A stretch of 63,681 bases of DNA, filler included, from Collodictyon triciliatum (GCA_043381765.1; 11 parts of 11 records of this genome joined end to end with filler, not necessarily neighbours in it), one strand, 5' to 3'. Positions 11,950 to 25,584 are shown, counted from the first letter of the whole stretch. The notes: generated by a model from the sequence alone, not told the origin. A program made the numbers and translations.

Positions 11950-14900
11950 TTATTTTTTGGTCATGAATGACTAGACAAAGACATACTTACTTCCACACAA
12001 CACAACCCAACACCCCCACCGTACGTTCTTAGACCTTTACTTCAGACCATCGGGAAAACTAGGAGCCGCCGATCCACCACCCCTCCCCCCTCCTCCAAGT
12101 AGTAGATCGAAACAGTTCCCTTTCCCACGGATTTTGTCTTTTGTCCCTCTCATTTTCAACTGTATCTGAGTTTTGTCCATGACTTTTGTTTGAACATTTT
12201 CCGATTGAAGATGAACAATCAATTCTTAATATGGTAGATTAAATAAAATAAAATGATTCTTCAGCTATTCCTCGTAATTGTCAGGTTCAACCATTTATCA
12301 AAACGAGACCTAAATTAAGAATGAAGTTTGATTGATAATCTGCTAAAAATTAGGCTTTGCACATGTACTTAAAATGTGCGTACTTGGTTTTTCTATCGTT
12401 GAATATCAAATGTGACGAATTTTCTGTGATACAAATTTAAAATTTTTCGTACTTTTCAATTATGAGAGTTAGAAGGTAAAATTAGACAAGAATCATACTT
12501 TTTTACTGTCATAATCTTGGTCAATCTGGCCCAATGATTACACTATTCTTTGTAATGCCCTCAAAGTTTTAATTATGAGTTTCTTTAATTATTGTAAAAA
12601 AAATAGATTCATGGTACTTGAAACCTTCAGATAAATAAATTTCCTTTCGATACTATGAATTGGCTTGGTCAACTTACTGAATGACTTATTTATCACCAAA
12701 AAATGAAAGCTCCAGAGTTCCTTGTAAGATGAAATGGGTGACAGATGGGCCCTTTCTGAAATTTCATGCAGTGCTATTAAAAATGTTTTTTTTGAGTTTA
12801 TCCTGAGAAATAATCAAAATATTTAGATAGTTGAAAGTTTTGTCCTGGTCTTCCTCCTTATGCAAGCACAATACCCAGGCTACAGGCCAAACCGCAGGAT
12901 GCAATTCCTGAATACCGACTACTTCTACGCCACCCGACCACCAAGTAGCGTCCATGCATACGATGGCTAGCGAACCAAAGCCAACATCACCGTCCTGCAC
13001 AAAATGAAATGGAAGAATAAAAAAAAATAGTCGAAAATTTTGTATTAATTACGTATAGATTTTTTCGTTACAATGAAACCCCCTCTAATATCGTTGAAAT
13101 AAACTCATGATTGATTTTATCCAACTTGGCTATCTTTTGATTCATACATCATTCAATATCATATATGCCTTGTGAAAGGTAAACGTAAAAATTAACTAGG
13201 ATAGCAAAGTATCAGAATCTAGCGTTTATTTAGTCATAAAATACATGTAGTGATTTTCCCAAATATGTGTCATACCTGAATCTGCTTGATTAAAGTATGA
13301 TTTTGAGATTCAAGGAGTCGAGTTGAATGGAAGAATATCTTCAGACTATAAGAATGGATAATTCCTTATTTATGTTTCCAAAATTTTGAGTAATACTGTA
13401 GTTGCTAATAAAAAAATAAAGGAATATTATTCAGAGTTTGCAAAAATAATTAACAGTATTCATGCTGGTTCCGCTAATGCCTATGCTGAATAAGTTATGC
13501 TGGTTTGTCGGCTGTTATACTTTATCTGTTAAATACTAGATATACATAAGTCAAGGGTATTGAATTTGGAGTCGAATAGAATGAACGAATATAAAGGAAT
13601 CTGATAGTAAAGGAGAGCAGGGTAGTCGCGTGCGCTTTCGCCCCAGGGGATTTCGCCTCCGATCAAATTGAAGTCAGAGACCTTGGTAGTTGCACCTCTT
13701 AAAGGTTGCAACTATTCTCGACCCTATCGGTTGCATATTGATGAGCCACAAATCCAGATTCCATACGCTGCTGGCCTGAACTTCTTAACCGACACATGTC
13801 ACTGCTTTCAACCAAGATGCAACAACTACGGCGTCCTGTAAAATTTCTTAAACACTCCATTCACTTGTATCGAATAAAGGAAAATATGTATAAACGAGGT
13901 ATTTATTTTTTCCACCAATAGGCGAATCCCATGAAAAAAGCCGAGTTGAGAAGAGAAAAGCAAACAGATCAACAACCAACCTGAAAGCAAATCCAATATC
14001 TAAGAGATGTTCTTAAAGTCTACGTTTGAAGGATCTCCATCGAAGTGACTTACTGTGGGCAGAGCAACCAGAGATTCAATCGCCCCGAAGCTCCTAGAAA
14101 GCATCACAAACCGCATGAGATTGGAATATAATTCCTTAAGATTCTTTGTAACAACGGCGAATTGCAAGTCAGCTAAAGCTTCCATAAAAAAATAAAAATA
14201 GAATCAAGGGCATTTCATATAGTGTGGATGCATGGCCAACAATGCTTTGCGACAAAAAGGCTCGGAAATCCGGAAGACCCCAGCTCTCCTTGGCTTGTGA
14301 ATATTCGTAATGATAAAGGCCCTAAAACCTCCGCAGGAAGGAGGAATAGTTAAATCTAATGTTATTTGGATATGTAGATAAGTTTTCATGTGTTTTGAGT
14401 TTTGAGTTTTGGTCGGTCGTGTGTAACATAACCCAGGGATAATGCTGGGCAAGGCTAGAGCCAATCACATGAAGTTTTGCTGAAGGGACTCATCTTTAGC
14501 CCGTTCTTGTTTCTTTCATTTTATTTTTATTTGCCAGCTTTTGATAGACTACCCCATTCTCGATAAAGTCTTCTGACTTTCTGACATAGGTAAAAGACTT
14601 ACTTGGGTTTAAACCTCCGCTTTTTGTAGAAAATAAAATAAAGCTATGTTTTCATGTTATATTATTCAGTTTGCTTGGTCTTATGTTGATCGGTGGTTTT
14701 TGTTTTGTTTTGTTAAAAATAATAAGTGTCCAAGCAAAAGGGATTCAATAGATCAGTTTTATGATGCTGGTCTTTGGCTTTTGTTCTTGACTGTCTGTGT
14801 GCTTTCGTTGGTGGAAATGTGCTGGTTGAGTGATCTGTTTATACTCAGGTGAGCCTGAATTTTTTTTTTTTGGTTTGTTTACATCGAAAATGAGTCGGAG

Positions 14901-14966
14901 TTTGGAAGAAAAAGAAAAGAGGTAAGTAAATTTAGTTTTCTTATTACAAACTCTAGTCGCGCAGAG
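11950..14966. repeat. ~3 kb dispersed duplicated block, copy 1 (copy 2 at ~22315-25346)
   Basis: Long collinear near-identical stretches, e.g. CATACTTACTTCCACACAAC..., GGAGCCGCCGATCCACCACCCC, ...ATTACAAACTCTAGTCGCGCAGA. Both copies carry the same LINE insertion. Confidence 0.92.
12844..13027 (+). mobile_element. 5'-truncated LINE 3' fragment with degenerate ~17-bp TSD (ATAGTTGAAAGTTTTGT / ATAGTCGAAAATTTTGT)
   Basis: Aligns to ~31300-31479 and ends GAAGAATAAAAAAAAA. Confidence 0.85.
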
Positions 14967-15238
14967 AAATCCAAAGCAAAAATCATAGGAAAGTGATGGA
15001 CGGAGCGAAGGGGAAAAAAAGGGGCTAGTGTCTTATTTATCTGAATAAGCGGGTTAGTGATTGTTATCAAAGTAAAAATAGCCTGAAATAATATTGTTTT
15101 CTAATACTGCAACCCAATCCATCTCTTCCGTCACATTATCAACTCTTTGTCAATTCTTAATTCTTTTTTTTTTTTTAGCCCTTTTTGGTTTTGCACAAAA
15201 ACCACGTTTCCCTTTGATTTTGCACAAAAACCACACGA

Positions 15239-16674
15239 ATGGCAACCAAGCCAAGCTCAGGTGCGGTGAGCGCAAGCGAAACGCACAAGAGCGAGGTGCC
15301 TCAACTTGACGACGAGAATGTGGTCTACGAGCACTACCGGACGCGACTGGTGGAGCGAGCAGCGGGATGCAGCAAAAGGGACTCTACCCGGCTGGCTGCG
15401 TGGTGCGCCTTGTGGGCGAGTACACTGGGACACTAACGCACGCCACACACCTGCGTCTGCTGGAGCAGCTGTGCAAAGTCCACTGCACCCGCGAGTGCGC
15501 CATGGAGGGTGTTGTGCTGCTGGCATCCGACCTGTCGAGCGGCCTGGGCCTTGCATACCCTCGCAGGGAGACGGCCGAGCGCTTTGCCGCAGGAGGCTCC
15601 TTCCAATTGGACGGCCACCTCCTCCACCCCCTCATCAGGGCCCACCCTCTCCACCCCCTCATCAAGGCCCGCACCCGCCAGCTGTACGCGCCGCGCCATC
15701 CTGTCAGCCTGCCGCCGCCACTCCCTCGCCCTCCGCGTCCACTTCGCCCAGCTGCACGGCCTCTCCATGGACAACGCCCTCGTCTCCTTCGACTCCGACG
15801 ACGCACACCGCGTCCCCCACCTCCCTCCCCATCCGCGGCATCCCCTGCCGCCTCCGCATCCTCCCCGACAGGTCGTCCCACCCGCCCCAGCCTCACTCGC
15901 CCGCCTCCTTGCGGCTATCGCTAGACAGCGCTATGCAGTTAGCGGAAGACGCACACAGCGAGACCACAAGTTCGCCCAATCGGGCAAATCCCAATGGCCG
16001 AGATTTAGCTACACAGCCCTCTCCGCCCTCACATCCAAATTTGGACGCTTCGCCACAATAAAGGCGAAGCCACACCACAGCTCGCGTCGATTCCAGAGTC
16101 AGCGCACACACCAACCCTGGCAAAACCCCCCGCCAACCCCAAAGACTCCACAAGAGGCTCCCCGTCCACTGCGGACAAAGACCCAAACGCGCCCTCCAAC
16201 TCGGCAGGCACACTCACAGGCAAAGCCGCACCCAACGCCGCCCCACAGCGGACACAAACAAAGCCCGCCGCCACCCAAGCGAAGGCGAGCGGCAACTCCG
16301 ATGTCTGCAAACAGACAACACTCAGCAGCACCCTCAAACAGACAAAGCCGACAGAAACAGCCACCTCCGCGATAAACGCTGGCGTGTATGCTACTCGCAG
16401 AGTAACACGCCAAGCTACTATCGCCGAAAAAGCTGCCCAACAGATGCCCTCCCACCAGAGGAGTGTATCTGCATCGGTGTCTGTGTTCCAAAGACCCACC
16501 TCCACGGCCGCCCACACGCCGGAGCAGACTGGAACAAAGCGGGAGCGCACCCTCAACAGCAACGAGAGTACCCACTCCAACGAGCACAAGTATCGTGAAG
16601 GCATGTTTTCCAACCACATCCGTACACGCGGTCAGTCTCTCACCGACGTTGTCTCGCCCGTGGTCAAGCTGAAC
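15239..16674 (+). mobile_element. GC-rich, intronless, frameshifted coding-like region; possible ORF1 (gag-like) remnant of a non-LTR retrotransposon
   Basis: Abrupt switch to GC-rich, C/A-skewed sequence like the LINE at 62663-63681. Protein-like segments (HLRLLEQLCKVH...LGLAYPRRETAERFAAGGSFQLDGHLLHPL; FAQLHGLSMDNALVSFDSDDA) sit in different frames, followed by a P/R/Q-rich tail. No RT or endonuclease motif seen. Confidence 0.35.
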
Positions 16675-16774
16675 NNNNNNNNNNNNNNNNNNNNNNNNNN
16701 NNNNNNNNNNNNNNNNNNTTAATTAATTAANNNNNNNNNNNNNNNNNNNNNNNNNNNNNNNNNNNNNNNNNNNN

Positions 16775-16885
16775 TTATTGTTATTATTGTTATTATTGTT
16801 ATTATTGTTATTATTGTTATTATTGTTATTATTGTTATTATTGTTATTATTGTTATTATTGTTATTATTGTTATTATTGTTATTA
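16775..16885. repeat. (TTATTGTTA)n microsatellite
   Basis: Direct reading. Confidence 0.95.
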
Positions 16886-17004
16886 TCTTTATCTTTCCTT
16901 TGTTTTCCTATTGTTTATCACATCCTTCCTACTGTCATACATTTGTAAATAAATATTGCCATGATTGAATCCCACAGATTTGGAAACAAACAAAAATGCT
17001 TACG

Positions 17005-17445
17005 CAAGGCTGTAGGGATGAAACTTCGGTATATCCACCTGCAAATGGGGTTCATCCTCACGGCTTTCGAAGAACTTTCCCAGTGATGCGTTTGTGTATG
17101 ATGCGATCACCACGCTGCCAGAATTGAGCTCCTCAACTTCAAATGGCCCTTTCTCCCTAACAGTCTCATGAACAGAACTTTCCGGCGGACTGCCTTTATA
17201 GGTCGGTGTCCTCTGTCTATGTCGGGCTGTCGTCGCTTCAAAAGCATTCTCTGCTTTGTTTTGGCCAATCGGCGTAGCGATTTCGCCCGAAGTGTGGATC
17301 GAAGCGGATTTTGGGTCGGCCAAGCTTCGGTCAATCTCATCAAATGACTCGGCAGGTTTCTTTGGGTGCGTCCAAAGTGGGATAATGCGCCCCATCACCA
17401 AACGGCTGTCAGGCTCGCCAGACACAAGGGCGCTCTGCTACCGTA
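17005..17445 (-). CDS. Exon of an uncharacterised gene, divergent from KARI; truncated by contig end
   Basis: 141-aa open frame ending at a GTAAGC donor. No recognisable domain. Confidence 0.4.
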
Positions 17446-18422
17446 CCTCAAAAGCTAAAAAAGTAAAAAGCCAAAAGCTAAAAAAGTAAACAGTAAAAAG
17501 TAAAACACATGAAGTTGGACACAGGCCAAGCCACGGAAATAGAGCCCAGTCTGTTCAACTTTGCTTACAGGATCAGTTGCCCTCACTTCGCGACAAGTTT
17601 TTTCAAAAAAAAAAATAGGTGGGGGAGGACAAGAAATGATCCACATTGAAACTGAGTCGCATAGCAAACAGGATGACAGACACCGGCCAGCCTCGAAATT
17701 CCACATTAAGGAACTAAGCACGTTCGTGAAATCCGCCACTCAACCACCCTAAACTTGTGGGAAAGAAGAGACGGGCGCCATCTAGCCACCACACCCACGC
17801 ATCCTATCATGATTGCTCTGCAGCGGCCCTTCCTGCTCTTGCGAAGCGCCTTGAACCGCTGCGCTGCACCGGCATCACGCAGGGCGGGCCCTTTTTCGTC
17901 TGGCTGATTCTGCGCACATGATTAATCTGGAATATACGCGGTTTGGCCTATGGCGATGACAGCCACATGCCAAACCACATAGGCTGCGCGACAGTAGCGC
18001 CACAGGCCTGTCTTTCCGTTCGCGGCATTTGTGCTTTGGCCTCCTTGTATCTGCTTGAGCGGAATGTGTATATATATAAATACATGTATAAAAGTTGCGT
18101 GTATAAATGCTCATGTGAAATTCCAAGCACGTCCACAACTCGTTACTAGTGGCGGGCGAAGGTGGCTGGGAGTGAGAATCCTGCAGAGGCGCTGCCCAGA
18201 GAGGCCGAATCATCCGCGAGATAACGTCGCCCATTGATGCCTGTGAGGGTTTTTTTGGCCTGCTCGACCCAATAAGCTGTGCAAAAGCCGCACGTCTGTG
18301 TGTGTGCCTTCCTGAGCGAACTCAGTCGCGCCCCGCCGATTCTGACATCCTTTATTTTATTCCCTTTATTCAACCCAGAGAGATTCTGACATCTTAATAG
18401 TCCCACTAGACCGGAATTCATC

Positions 18423-18773
18423 ATGAGCCTTCTTCTTGCGTCGCACTTGCGTGTGGCTGCGGCTGCCCGCTCTACAATTGGTTTGTCCAGCCCCAACCTG
18501 TCATTTTCTGAGGAACAAGCATTCTACTTATTGTTTGCGTTACGGCAACTACACATCAACTGCTTGTATTTATCCTTGGCAATATTCCTCTCCTTGCCTT
18601 CTCCGTGGGCATGGACCCGACTAAATGTCTTGGCTGAACCCTGCCTCTCACAGCCGCACGTGCATATGCCACAATCGACTTTGGTGGAGTCACAGAGAAT
18701 GTTGTAACTCGCAGCGAGTTTCCCTTGGCAAAGGTCTTTATCCTTACTTTTCTTTTCCTTTTTTTTTTTTTTT

Positions 18774-18813
<40 letters not shown>

Positions 18814-19555
18814 GTAATTTTTTTTTTTCTTTCTTTTCTTTTCCTTTTTTTTTTTTTTTGGCTTTACTTGTCTTTTCTTTTCTTTTTTCGCTTTACTTGT
18901 ATGTTTAGTTGTTGGCCTTCAGGGGCAGATGAAAATGTTCCCGTCCAAGTGACGTATCAAAGCACTACCTACTATGCCCACGGTCTTGCTAACTCCCCAA
19001 GCCCTGCCTTCCGATAATCAGGTGCAAGAGGTCCTTGCCAAAGACACCATGGCCGTGCTTGGATATGGAGTCCAAGGACGTGGTCAGTCTCTCAACATGC
19101 GCGATAACAAGCTGAGTGTACGAGCTCCCACACATTATATATACATATATTTCGAAACAAAAGCATACATCCTATCTGTTTCTAAGCTATCTTACAACGG
19201 TAAAAAAAAAAAAAAAGAGAGAGAGAGACCAGTTTCTTCTCGTCAACTTGTTCTTATCTGCAAAACAGGTTGTCGTAGGTGTGCGCAAGAACGGGCCGAG
19301 TTGGGACTTGGCGCAGCAGGACGGTTGGGTTCCTGGAAAGACGCTGTTTGATGTGGAGGAGGCTGCCGACAAAGGAAGCGTTGTCATGAATCTGCTGAGC
19401 GACGCCGGGCAGAAGCAGATGTGGCCCAGTGTCAAGAAGTATGTCACCAAAGGGAAAGCACTCATGTTCTCCCACGGCTTCAGTATCGTCTACAAAGACC
19501 AGACTGGCGTTATCCCTGCCCCGGATGTGGATGTCATCATGGTTGCACCCAAAGG
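18423..19555 (+). CDS. ILV5: Ketol-acid reductoisomerase, mitochondrial/fungal Ilv5-like; exons 18423-18480, 18654-18733, 19022-19117, 19269-19555; 3'-truncated
   Basis: Presequence-like MSLLLASHLRVAAAARS, then TIDFGGVTENVVTRSEFP, the Rossmann motif GYGVQGRGQSLNMRDN, DGWVPGKTLF, MNLLSDAGQ, FSHGFS and DVIMVAPKG. Confidence 0.95.
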
Positions 19556-19861
19556 GTAAGCACGCATCCATATACCAACAGATATTTGCTTCATCAAGCG
19601 AAATGGGCGTGTCGTTGTTGAGAAATACGAGAGAAGAGGAAGGGTTGAGATTCTGTTTTGCCTTATTTTCTTTTTTTTTTATCGAATAAATGGGGGGGGG
19701 GGGGGGAAAAACATTTTTTTTTTTTTTTTTTTGCGAGAAAGGGGAAAAGGGGCGGGGGATTNNNNNNNNNNNNNNNNNNNNNNNNNNNNNNNNNNNNNNN
19801 NNNNNTTAATTAATTAANNNNNNNNNNNNNNNNNNNNNNNNNNNNNNNNNNNNNNNNNNNN

Positions 19862-20248
19862 AAACAAGGATGACACCCTTCTTCTTGGCAAAGTCTTTGA
19901 GTCTGCAACAATTTTTTGATTTATCAATAAACCGAACATACAAACATGTAATCATGAATTTTTTAATTGACCAAAACGATGTTACTTTTTTTCGGCATTT
20001 GCAAAGAACTCGTCTCTTTCTCTTTGCATGTCTCGAAACGTGGAGGACATGAAGATTCTCAAGACTCTGGAGTTATAGACAATAGTCCATCTCCCTTCAC
20101 CATCAGAATAAACTGTGGCTGGAATCAAGCCTCCGCGGATTTTCTCATCAGCTGGTGCGGGTTCTCGTATTGGTTCCATAAGTTTCTGGTCTCCAGATTC
20201 TCGCTGGTTGGCGGCGTCGGAATGTCTGCTTGGTGATGGCTCGGACAT
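19862..20248 (-). CDS. 5' exons of a DUF4062-type protein (N-terminus typical of TEP1/NWD/NPHP3-like STAND NTPases); truncated by contig end
   Basis: VLRIFMSSTFRDMQRERD splices to LKDFAKKKGVILV, matching the R(I/V)FxSSTFxDMxxERD...L..fC..rG pattern that precedes DLRWG. Confidence 0.8.
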
Positions 20249-22314
20249 CTTCCTGTTGATTAAATGCGAATAATATATACGATTAAGAATGGTCTAATGA
20301 TATACTATAATCGTATGCTATTCTCTCTGTTTGACCGCCTCGGTTGATTCAATACTATTAATCGACTCGTCATATTTCCTCTCACTTTTGATTTTCATGA
20401 TAACTCCACTAAAAGGAATAATATTCATACAAATCTCTCGGATATATATTTTTGTATAATGGTGAGGGCTAAGACTTCACCCTTGATTACAATCTTATTT
20501 TTCTACTATATAATGATGAATCTTTAACTAAGCCCGTATTTGAAAGTAAAAATAAAGGTAAAATAATGTGTGAATCATGAAAGATGAGGCCTTTGGAGAC
20601 AAATTATTAGCTTTTAGATTATGCATTATATTATTTTAAAATTTTTATCTGATAACAAAGAATTAAGTTAGTTGAGATCATTTTGACCCATTAGCCAAAT
20701 CGTGCTTGAATGTTCTATATGAAAAAAATTATTCTCATTAAGTTAATCAATCATTAATACACAAATGCATCTCAAATAATCCAGCAGCCGATGCGAAAGG
20801 CCGTACATTACTTTACTTATATACTTAGCCTCCAAGGAATGGCATGAAACTGTAAAAGAAACAGCCTTTTTAGTGATAACCTTTAGGTAATTTCGAATTG
20901 TAGATAATTGGAAGCCATAATCTGAGTCGAAAGGAAACAAGCACATATTTTACAAATATTATGAATACCTACAAATGAAAATGTCGATTGCAATAATCAA
21001 GAGACTTGGTCACTCATAATCCCGTAGATTTCGGAAATGGTTCGACGAATCTGCACATTTGTTGTATATATCAGATTTAGATCAATGTGATATACAATAT
21101 TTGCCTTGTATGAATGAATGCGAGTCAAAAAATGAAAATATAAAGTTGGCATTTTAAATGTTTAACATATGATAGAGAACTGGTGACTTCATGGCCCATA
21201 GAACAGTCTAACTTTCAAATCAGGCATACTTCGAGAAGATGAATCGTATTGTCAGAGTTTGAAGCATATAGGCGGTGGATGATGAGCGCACTGGCTCCCT
21301 ATAGTTAATTTTTCTTAAAAAAATCATTTTATCGTAAAATTGTTGTTGAAATATGAGTAATATCTGAGTACAAATAAAAAATACTCACAGAAAAAAAGGG
21401 CGTGATCTTCCTGCAAAATAGGCGGTTCGGTCATCAAGTTCAGGTGTGAAAATAAACGCTTTTAATCTTGCATGTTGAGTTGGAGGGGAGGGGTGTGTGG
21501 GTTATTTGGAAATCTTCAAGCCTACAAATCCTGCAAAAAAAAGTATGAAGACGAGTAGAATGAGAATTGAAAACCCTTATCCTTAAATCGCATAAAGAAG
21601 CATTATATAAAAATTAGTACATAGCTCACCATATAGTAAACCTTCATATGTTGGTAAAAAGGCCTCGAACGGTGGGGGTGTATACGTAGTGCCAGTGCGT
21701 TGTTTGTAGTCTCATGTGTCCTGGGGGAGGGGTGGTGTCTGACGTATCTCTTTTTGGTGCGGGTTCATGGCATTAATAATACCGTTAGCCTGCTCTCTAA
21801 ACAATTTCCGCTAAAATTTACGATTATATACATAATTAAATATGATTCCTGATACGAATTCGGACGGCGTGACGGAGGCACAAGTTAGGCTTTTTCTGGT
21901 CTCTATTGAAATATTAATACTTTTCATAAAATGTATGAAAATCTAGAAGCGTCATATGAAGTTGCTTCACTGCCAAGGGAAACTCCTGACATAGAGAATT
22001 GCGACTGTTTTAAGTGGGGTCAATATACGAACAAAAGCATTAATTTTTCTCTGTAAAACATTTAAATTACTAATTGGCTGCTGTAAACGCGGCATTTTAT
22101 CGTAGATGCATGTTCTTCCGATCCAAACCAACAAATATCACTAAATGATTCTTGGATCTGCATAGTAGAGAAAAATTAATCTGAAATCTAGGTATCCATT
22201 ACAATTTCTTGTGTGAGCCATTAATCATAAAGTCATATGTACCTTGAATTTGTAGGAGCCGCAAGAAAGTCATTTCTCAGTCCCCTTAGATTTGAAAATT
22301 ATAGTTTTCTGATT

Positions 22315-25300
22315 TTTTGTTATTTTTTTGAATGATTGATCAAAGCCATACTTACTTCCACACACAACACAACCCAACACCCCCACCGTACGTTCTTAGA
22401 CCTTTACTTCAGGCCATCGGGAAAACTAGGAGCCGCCGATCCACCACCCCACCCCCCTCCTCCAAGTAGTAGATCGAAACAGTTCCCTTTCCCACGGATT
22501 TTGTCTTTTGTCCCTTCCAATTGCAACTGTATCTGAGTTTTGTCCATGACTTTAGTTTGAACAATCTCCGATTGAAGATGAATAATTAATTCTTAATATG
22601 ATATATTGAATAAAATAATACGATTTTTCGGCTATTCCACGAATTTGTCAGATTGCACCATTTACCAAAACGAGACCTAAATTAAGAATGAAGTTTGATT
22701 GATAATCTGCTAAAAATTAGGCTTTACACACATTTAAAATGTGTGTATTTGGTTTTTCTATCGTTGAATATCAAACATGTGACGAATTTTCTGTGATACA
22801 AATTCAAAATTTTTCGTGCTTTTCAACTATAATGAGAATTAGAAGGTAAAATTAGGGAAGAATCATACTGTTTTAGTATCATAATCTTGGTCAATCTGGC
22901 CCAAAGATTGCACTATTCTTTGTAATACCCTCAAAGTTTTGATTATAAGTTTTTTTATTATTATAAAAATTAGATTAATGGTACTTGAAACCTTGAGATA
23001 AATAAATTTCCTTTCGATACTATGAATTGGCTTGGTCAACTTACTGTATGACTTGTTTACTACCAAAAAATGAGAGCTCCAGAGTTCCTTGTACGATGAA
23101 ATGGAATGACAGATGGGCCCTTTCTGAAAGTTCATCAAGTGCTATTATAAATGGTTTTTTTTTGAGTTCATCCTGAGAAATAATCAAAATATTTAAAAAG
23201 TTGAAAATTTTGTCCTGGTCTTCCTTATGCAATCACAAGACCTAGACTACAGACCAAACCGCAGGATGCAATTCCTGATTACCAACTACTTAGCCACCCG
23301 GCCACCAAGTAGCGTCCATGCAAACGATGGCCAGCGAACCAAAGCCAATACCTTCACCGTCCTGCACAAAATGGAATGGAAGAATAAAAAAAATAGTCGA
23401 AAATTTTGTATTGATTGTATAGTTTTTTTTGTATCAATGAAACCCTCTTTAATATCGTTGAAATTAACTCATGATTGGTTTTATCCAACTTGGCTATTTT
23501 TCATTCATACATCATTCAATATCATTTACGCCTTATGAAATGTAAAGGTAGAAATTAACTAAGATAGCAAAGAATCAGAATCTACCGTTTATTTGGAATC
23601 ATAAAAATACATGTAGAGATTTTCCCAAACATGTGTCATACCTGAATCTGGTTGATTAAAGTATGATTTTGAGATTCAAGGAGTCAAGTTGAACGGACGA
23701 CGGTCTTCAGACTATTAGAACGGATAATTCATTATTTATATTACCAAATTTTTTAGTAATACTGTAGTTGCTAATTAAAAATAAAGGTACATTCCTTCGG
23801 AGTCTGCAAGAATAATTTACAATATTCTTGCCGGTTCCACTAATGCCTATGCTGAAGAAGTTATGCTGGTTTGTCGGCTTTTATATGTTCTCTGTTAAAT
23901 ATTATATATACATAAGTCAAGGGTATTGGATTTGGAGTCGAATAGAATAAATAAATATAAGGAATCTGATAGTAAAGGAGAGCAGAGTAGTCGCGTGCAC
24001 TTTCGCCCCAGGGAGATTTCGCCTCCGATCAAATTGAAGTCAGAGTCCTTGGTAGTCGCAACTCTTAAAGGTTGCAACTATTCTCGACCCATCAATTGCA
24101 TATTGATGAGCCAAAAATCCAGAATCCATACGCTGCTGGCCTGAACTTCTCAACCGAAACGTGTCACTGCTTTCAACCAAGATGCAACAACTACGGCGTC
24201 CTGTAAAATTTCTTAAACCCCATCATTCACTTGTATCGAATAAAGGAAACTATGTATAAACGAGGGATTTATTTTTTCCACCAATAGGCGAATCCCATGA
24301 AAAAGCCGAGTTGAGAAGAGGAAAGCAAGCAGATCAACAACCAACCTGAAAGATAATCCAATATCTAAGAGACGTTCTTAAAGTCTACGTTTGAAGGATC
24401 TCCATCGAAGTGATCTTACTGTGGGCAGAGCAACCAGAGAGTCAATCGCCCCGAAGCTCCTAGAAAGCATCACAAACTGCATGAAATTGGAACAGAATTC
24501 ACTTAAAATTCTTAGTAACAGCGAATTGACAAATCAGCTAAAGCTTCGATAAAAAATAAAAACAGGGATATTTCATATAGTGTGGATGCATGGCCAACAA
24601 TGTTTTGCAACAGAAAGGCTCGGAAATCCGGAAGATGCCATCTCTCATTGGCTCGCGAATAGTTGTAATGATAAGGGCCCTAAAACCTTTGCAGGAAGGA
24701 GGAATAGTTGAATTTATTGTTATTTGGTTATGTAAATAAGTTTTCATGTGTTTTGAGTTTTGGTCAATTCGTGCGTAACATAACTCAGGGATTATGCTGG
24801 GCGAGGCTAGAGCCAATCACATAAAGTTTTGTTGAAGGGACTCATCTTTGGCCCGTTCTTGTTTCTTTCATTTTATTTTTTTGCCAGCTGTTGATAGACT
24901 ACCTCATTCTCGATCAAGTCTTCTGACTTTCTGACATAGGTAAAAGACTTGCTTAGGTGTAAACCTACGCTTTTTGTAAAAAATAAAGGTATGTTTTCAT
25001 GTTGGATTATTCAGTTTGCTTGGTCTTATGTTGATCGGTGGTTTTTATTTGTGTTTTGTTAAAAATAATAAGTGTCCAAGCAAAAGGGATTCAATAGATC
25101 GCTTGTGTTTTGCTGGTCTTTGGCTTTTGTTCATGGTTGTATATGTGCTTTCGTTGGTGGGAAAGTGCTGGTTGAGTGATCTGTTATATACTCAGGTGAG
25201 CCAATTTGTTTTTTTCAAACCTCGGAACAGGTTTCTTTTCGTTTTTTTTTGTTTGTTTCTATTAAAAATGAGTCGGAGTTTGGAAGAAAAAGAAAAGACA

Positions 25301-25346
25301 TAAGTAAATTTAGTTTTCTTATTACAAACTCTAGTCGCGCAGAAAA
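22315..25346. repeat. ~3 kb dispersed duplicated block, copy 2 (runs to contig end)
   Basis: Collinear with 11950-14966. Confidence 0.92.
23214..23394 (+). mobile_element. Orthologous LINE 3' fragment in duplicate copy 2, TSD AGTTGAAAATTTTGT / AGTCGAAAATTTTGT
   Basis: Same position and flanks as 12844-13027. Confidence 0.85.
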
Positions 25347-25489
25347 NNNNNNNNNNNNNNNNNNNNNNNNNNNNNNNNNNNNNNNNNNNNTTAATTAATT
25401 AANNNNNNNNNNNNNNNNNNNNNNNNNNNNNNNNNNNNNNNNNNNNCTAAATATAATCATTTTTCCTAGAAAAGAAAAGAAAAGAAAAG

Positions 25490-25584
25490 GAAAGGAAAAG
25501 GAAAAGGAAAAGGAAAAGGAAAAGGAAAAGGAAAAGGAAAAGGAAAAGGAAAAGGAAAAGGAAAAGGAAAAGGAAAAGGAAAAG
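25490..25584. repeat. (GGAAAA)n microsatellite
   Basis: Direct reading. Confidence 0.95.

Noticed and set aside
15257-16619. Many overlapping ORFs on both strands (also at 259-1151 and 45392-46117)
   Set aside because: Expected shadow ORFs in GC-rich, stop-poor DNA.
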